A stretch of 632 nt of DNA from Escherichia coli. GTDB lineage: Bacteria; Pseudomonadota; Gammaproteobacteria; Enterobacterales; Enterobacteriaceae. Below the pieces are notes generated by a model. It searched no databases. It was given only the letters and a program-made list of their open reading frames with translations, and was not told where the DNA came from. This document shows positions 1 to 632 of the stretch, piece after piece. The stretch lies in NCBI RefSeq assembly GCF_003334335.1, contig NZ_QOWQ01000166.1, one strand, 5' to 3'. Positions within the stretch are counted from its first letter, which is position 1. Each line of letters begins with the position of its first letter. The translations under genes and the position numbers were made by a program.

Positions 1-62
1 CCGCAGGCGCTTACGACCAGCGGCAACGTCAGCGCGCAGAGTTTCATTTTCAGCTCTCGCAT
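1..62 (-). CDS. Rz1: o-spanin outer-membrane lipoprotein, lambda Rz1-like, embedded in the +1 frame of Rz (partial)
   Basis: Minus-strand ATG at 62..60, with a second in-frame ATG at 47..45, in the +1 frame relative to Rz. Translation to the window edge: [20 protein letters not shown]. This is a lipoprotein-type signal peptide with a lipobox-like VVSAC, the Cys codon at 5..3. It closely parallels the lambda Rz1 N-terminus as I recall it (MLKLKMMLCVMMLPLVVVGC). An embedded out-of-frame o-spanin inside the i-spanin gene is the established lambda arrangement. Confidence 0.8.
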   Translation of the reverse strand, partial: MRELKMKLCALTLPLVVSAC

Positions 63-282
63 CGGCTAATTCCCTCGAGTATCTGGCATCAAGTGCAGCA
101 ACATCACGCTGGCGCTGCTGCATATCAGTAATGGTTGCATTTGCCTGCTCCAGCTCACTGACTTTTTTATCGCGCTGCTCTTTGTAGGTTATGGCGTTAT
201 CACGGTAATGATTCAGCCCCAGACTAAGCACACCACAGGCTACCAGCATGACAATAATCACCACACACAGAACACGGTTCAT
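1..282 (-). CDS. Rz: i-spanin, lambda Rz-like (N-terminal 94 codons; 3' end lies beyond the window start)
   Basis: Minus-strand ORF with ATG at 282..280 (complement), open to position 1. Hand translation: [94 protein letters not shown]. It has a short N-terminus, one hydrophobic signal-anchor helix, then a charged, Ala/Arg/Glu/Gln-rich segment typical of the periplasmic coiled-coil of i-spanins. Several blocks match lambda Rz as I recall it ([37 protein letters not shown]). Not in the ORF track, presumably because it is truncated by the window edge. Confidence 0.9.
   Translation of the reverse strand, partial: MNRVLCVVIIVMLVACGVLSLGLNHYRDNAITYKEQRDKKVSELEQANATITDMQQRQRDVAALDARYSRELADARAENETLRADVAAGRKRLR
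71..76 (-). promoter_or_regulatory. Shine-Dalgarno-like element (GAGGGA) upstream of the Rz1 start
   Basis: On the minus strand GAGGGA lies 8 nt upstream of the Rz1 ATG at 62..60. It sits inside the Rz reading frame, as expected for an embedded gene. Assigned on sequence complementarity and spacing only. Confidence 0.35.
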
Positions 283-283
283 A

Positions 284-370
284 TCACCACCAACGAATTG
301 CCCAGACCAGAACAGCAATGGCCACAATACGAATGGCAAATGCCATTGCCCGAATAAGTTCAGCACTCAT
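284..370 (-). CDS. small single-helix hydrophobic peptide, 28 aa, function unknown (paralog C of a tandem triplet)
   Basis: Minus-strand ATG at 370..368, TGA at 286..284. Translation: [28 protein letters not shown]. Short polar N-terminus, then a hydrophobic helix with an Arg/Trp C-terminal end. It aligns without gaps to the neighbouring ORF at 382..498 (RAMAFAI versus RALAFAI). The stop is 1 nt from the Rz ATG. Below the ORF-track length cutoff. The upstream SD is weak (AAAAAG), so expression may depend on coupling. Confidence 0.5.
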   Translation of the reverse strand: MSAELIRAMAFAIRIVAIAVLVWAIRWW

Positions 371-381
371 CTTTTTAAAGT

Positions 382-498
382 TCACGATTTCAGCGCAATG
401 ACCAGTTTTGCCAGCCCATACAGCATCGGAGACACAGCAATACCAACAGCCACCCACTTAATAGCAAAAGCCAGCGCTCTGCTGATGTCATCAGTCAC
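382..498 (-). CDS. small single-helix hydrophobic peptide, about 38 aa, function unknown (paralog B of a tandem triplet)
   Basis: Same frame as the ORF-track entry 382..597, but I place the start at GTG 498..496; an alternative GTG at 504..502 overlaps the upstream stop as GTGA. Stop TGA at 384..382. Translation from GTG498: (M)TDDISRALAFAIKWVAVGIAVSPMLYGLAKLVIALKS. The portion of the track ORF upstream of 504 (CDCRYFIFTNAGCSFSVPRLGDVVF...) is not helix-like and is antisense-frame overlap with the better-supported ORF at 501..632. The N-terminus MTDDIS and core RALAFAIKWVAV match paralog C, and VGIAVSPML matches paralog A. Confidence 0.5.
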   Translation of the reverse strand: MTDDISRALAFAIKWVAVGIAVSPMLYGLAKLVIALKS

Positions 499-500
499 TG

Positions 501-632
501 TCACCCCAGCAGCCCCGACGAAGACAACATCACCCAGGCGAGGGACAGAAAAAGAGCAACCAGCATTAGTGAAAATGAAATACCGACAATCACACACAGG
601 ACCTTTGCCGGCGTTATGAGTTTGTCTGACAT
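501..632 (-). CDS. small single-helix hydrophobic peptide, 43 aa if the ATG at the window edge is the true start, function unknown (paralog A of a tandem triplet)
   Basis: Minus-strand ATG at 632..630, exactly at the window edge, so upstream extension cannot be excluded. Stop TGA at 503..501. Translation: MSDKLITPAKVLCVIVGISFSLMLVALFLSLAWVMLSSSGLLG. Polar N-terminus with two Lys, then a hydrophobic stretch of about 26 residues. The N-terminus MSDKLI parallels MTDDIS and MSAELI in the next two ORFs, which supports this ATG as a genuine start. Core VGISFSLML matches VGIAVSPML in paralog B. Not in the ORF track. Confidence 0.45.
   Translation of the reverse strand: MSDKLITPAKVLCVIVGISFSLMLVALFLSLAWVMLSSSGLLG

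Noticed and set aside
332-347. Imperfect palindrome AATGGC-AAAT-GCCATT, flanked by CAATGG (316..321) and CCATTG (343..348)
   Set aside because: It lies inside ORF C and follows directly from the codons for M-A-F-A-I (atg gca ttt gcc att) and nearby Ala/Ile codons. It is short, and no matching half-sites elsewhere suggest an operator. Most likely incidental.
368-394. AT-rich stretch with TTTAAA core between ORF B and ORF C, considered as a possible promoter or terminator
   Set aside because: No convincing -35/-10 pair with proper spacing and no GC-rich stem followed by a U-tract. The 11-nt intergenic gap is too short for an independent regulatory unit and fits an operon junction better.
390-491. 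Alternative minus-strand frame from ATG 491..489 (MTSAERWLLLLSGWLLVLLCLRCCMGWQNWSLR)
   Set aside because: It overlaps ORF B out of frame. The ORF B frame carries the RALAFAI block conserved with ORF C, whereas this frame's Trp/Cys/Leu-rich sequence has no paralog match beyond a chance SAE tripeptide.
505-597. N-terminal extension of the track's minus-strand 71-aa ORF (GTG at 597..595, reading CDCRYFIFTNAGCSFSVPRLGDVVFVGAAG...)
   Set aside because: This segment is the alternative frame of ORF A. The ORF A frame yields a clean polar-head plus helix peptide whose N-terminus matches the two paralogs, while the extension is Cys/Phe/Gly-rich and not helix-like. I therefore truncated ORF B to start at GTG 498 or 504.
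248-619. Plus-strand 123-aa ORF from the six-frame track ([31 protein letters not shown]...)
   Set aside because: It is antisense to a well-supported Rz start and to three peptide ORFs that show paralogous amino-acid conservation. Its translation is Thr/Pro/Ser/Asn/His/Cys-rich with no recognisable domain or hydrophobic core. A stop-free antisense frame is a common by-product of coding sequence on the other strand.
284-632. A single degraded three-helix holin (class I, lambda S-like size of roughly 110 codons) broken by two frameshifts
   Set aside because: The total length and three hydrophobic helices are compatible, but each segment has its own start codon and a similar polar N-terminal motif, and segments B and C are homologous to each other, which a single holin would not explain. 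No similarity to lambda S as I recall it. Not fully excluded without database comparison.
1-632. Endolysin, tRNA, CRISPR repeats, IS or transposon ends
   Set aside because: No reading frame on either strand has lysozyme, transglycosylase or amidase-like character or sufficient length. No direct repeat array, cloverleaf-compatible segment or terminal inverted repeats were seen by eye.

Overview
The window reads as the distal end of a lambdoid-type phage or prophage lysis module, encoded entirely on the minus strand (transcribed right-to-left in window coordinates), probably from an enterobacterial host. From the window end inward there are three tightly packed, mutually similar small ORFs of 43, 38 and 28 codons, each a short polar N-terminus (M-S/T-x-D/E/K-L/I) followed by one hydrophobic helix. 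They are followed after a 1-nt gap by a lambda Rz-like i-spanin gene, cut by the window start, which carries an embedded +1-frame Rz1-like o-spanin lipoprotein gene. No endolysin-like coding sequence sits immediately upstream of Rz, where lambda-type cassettes place it. The small-peptide triplet is the unexplained and most interesting element; I do not recognise it as a described family. The plus-strand 123-aa ORF is judged an antisense artefact. All translations and counts were done by hand from the sequence; no database search was possible.
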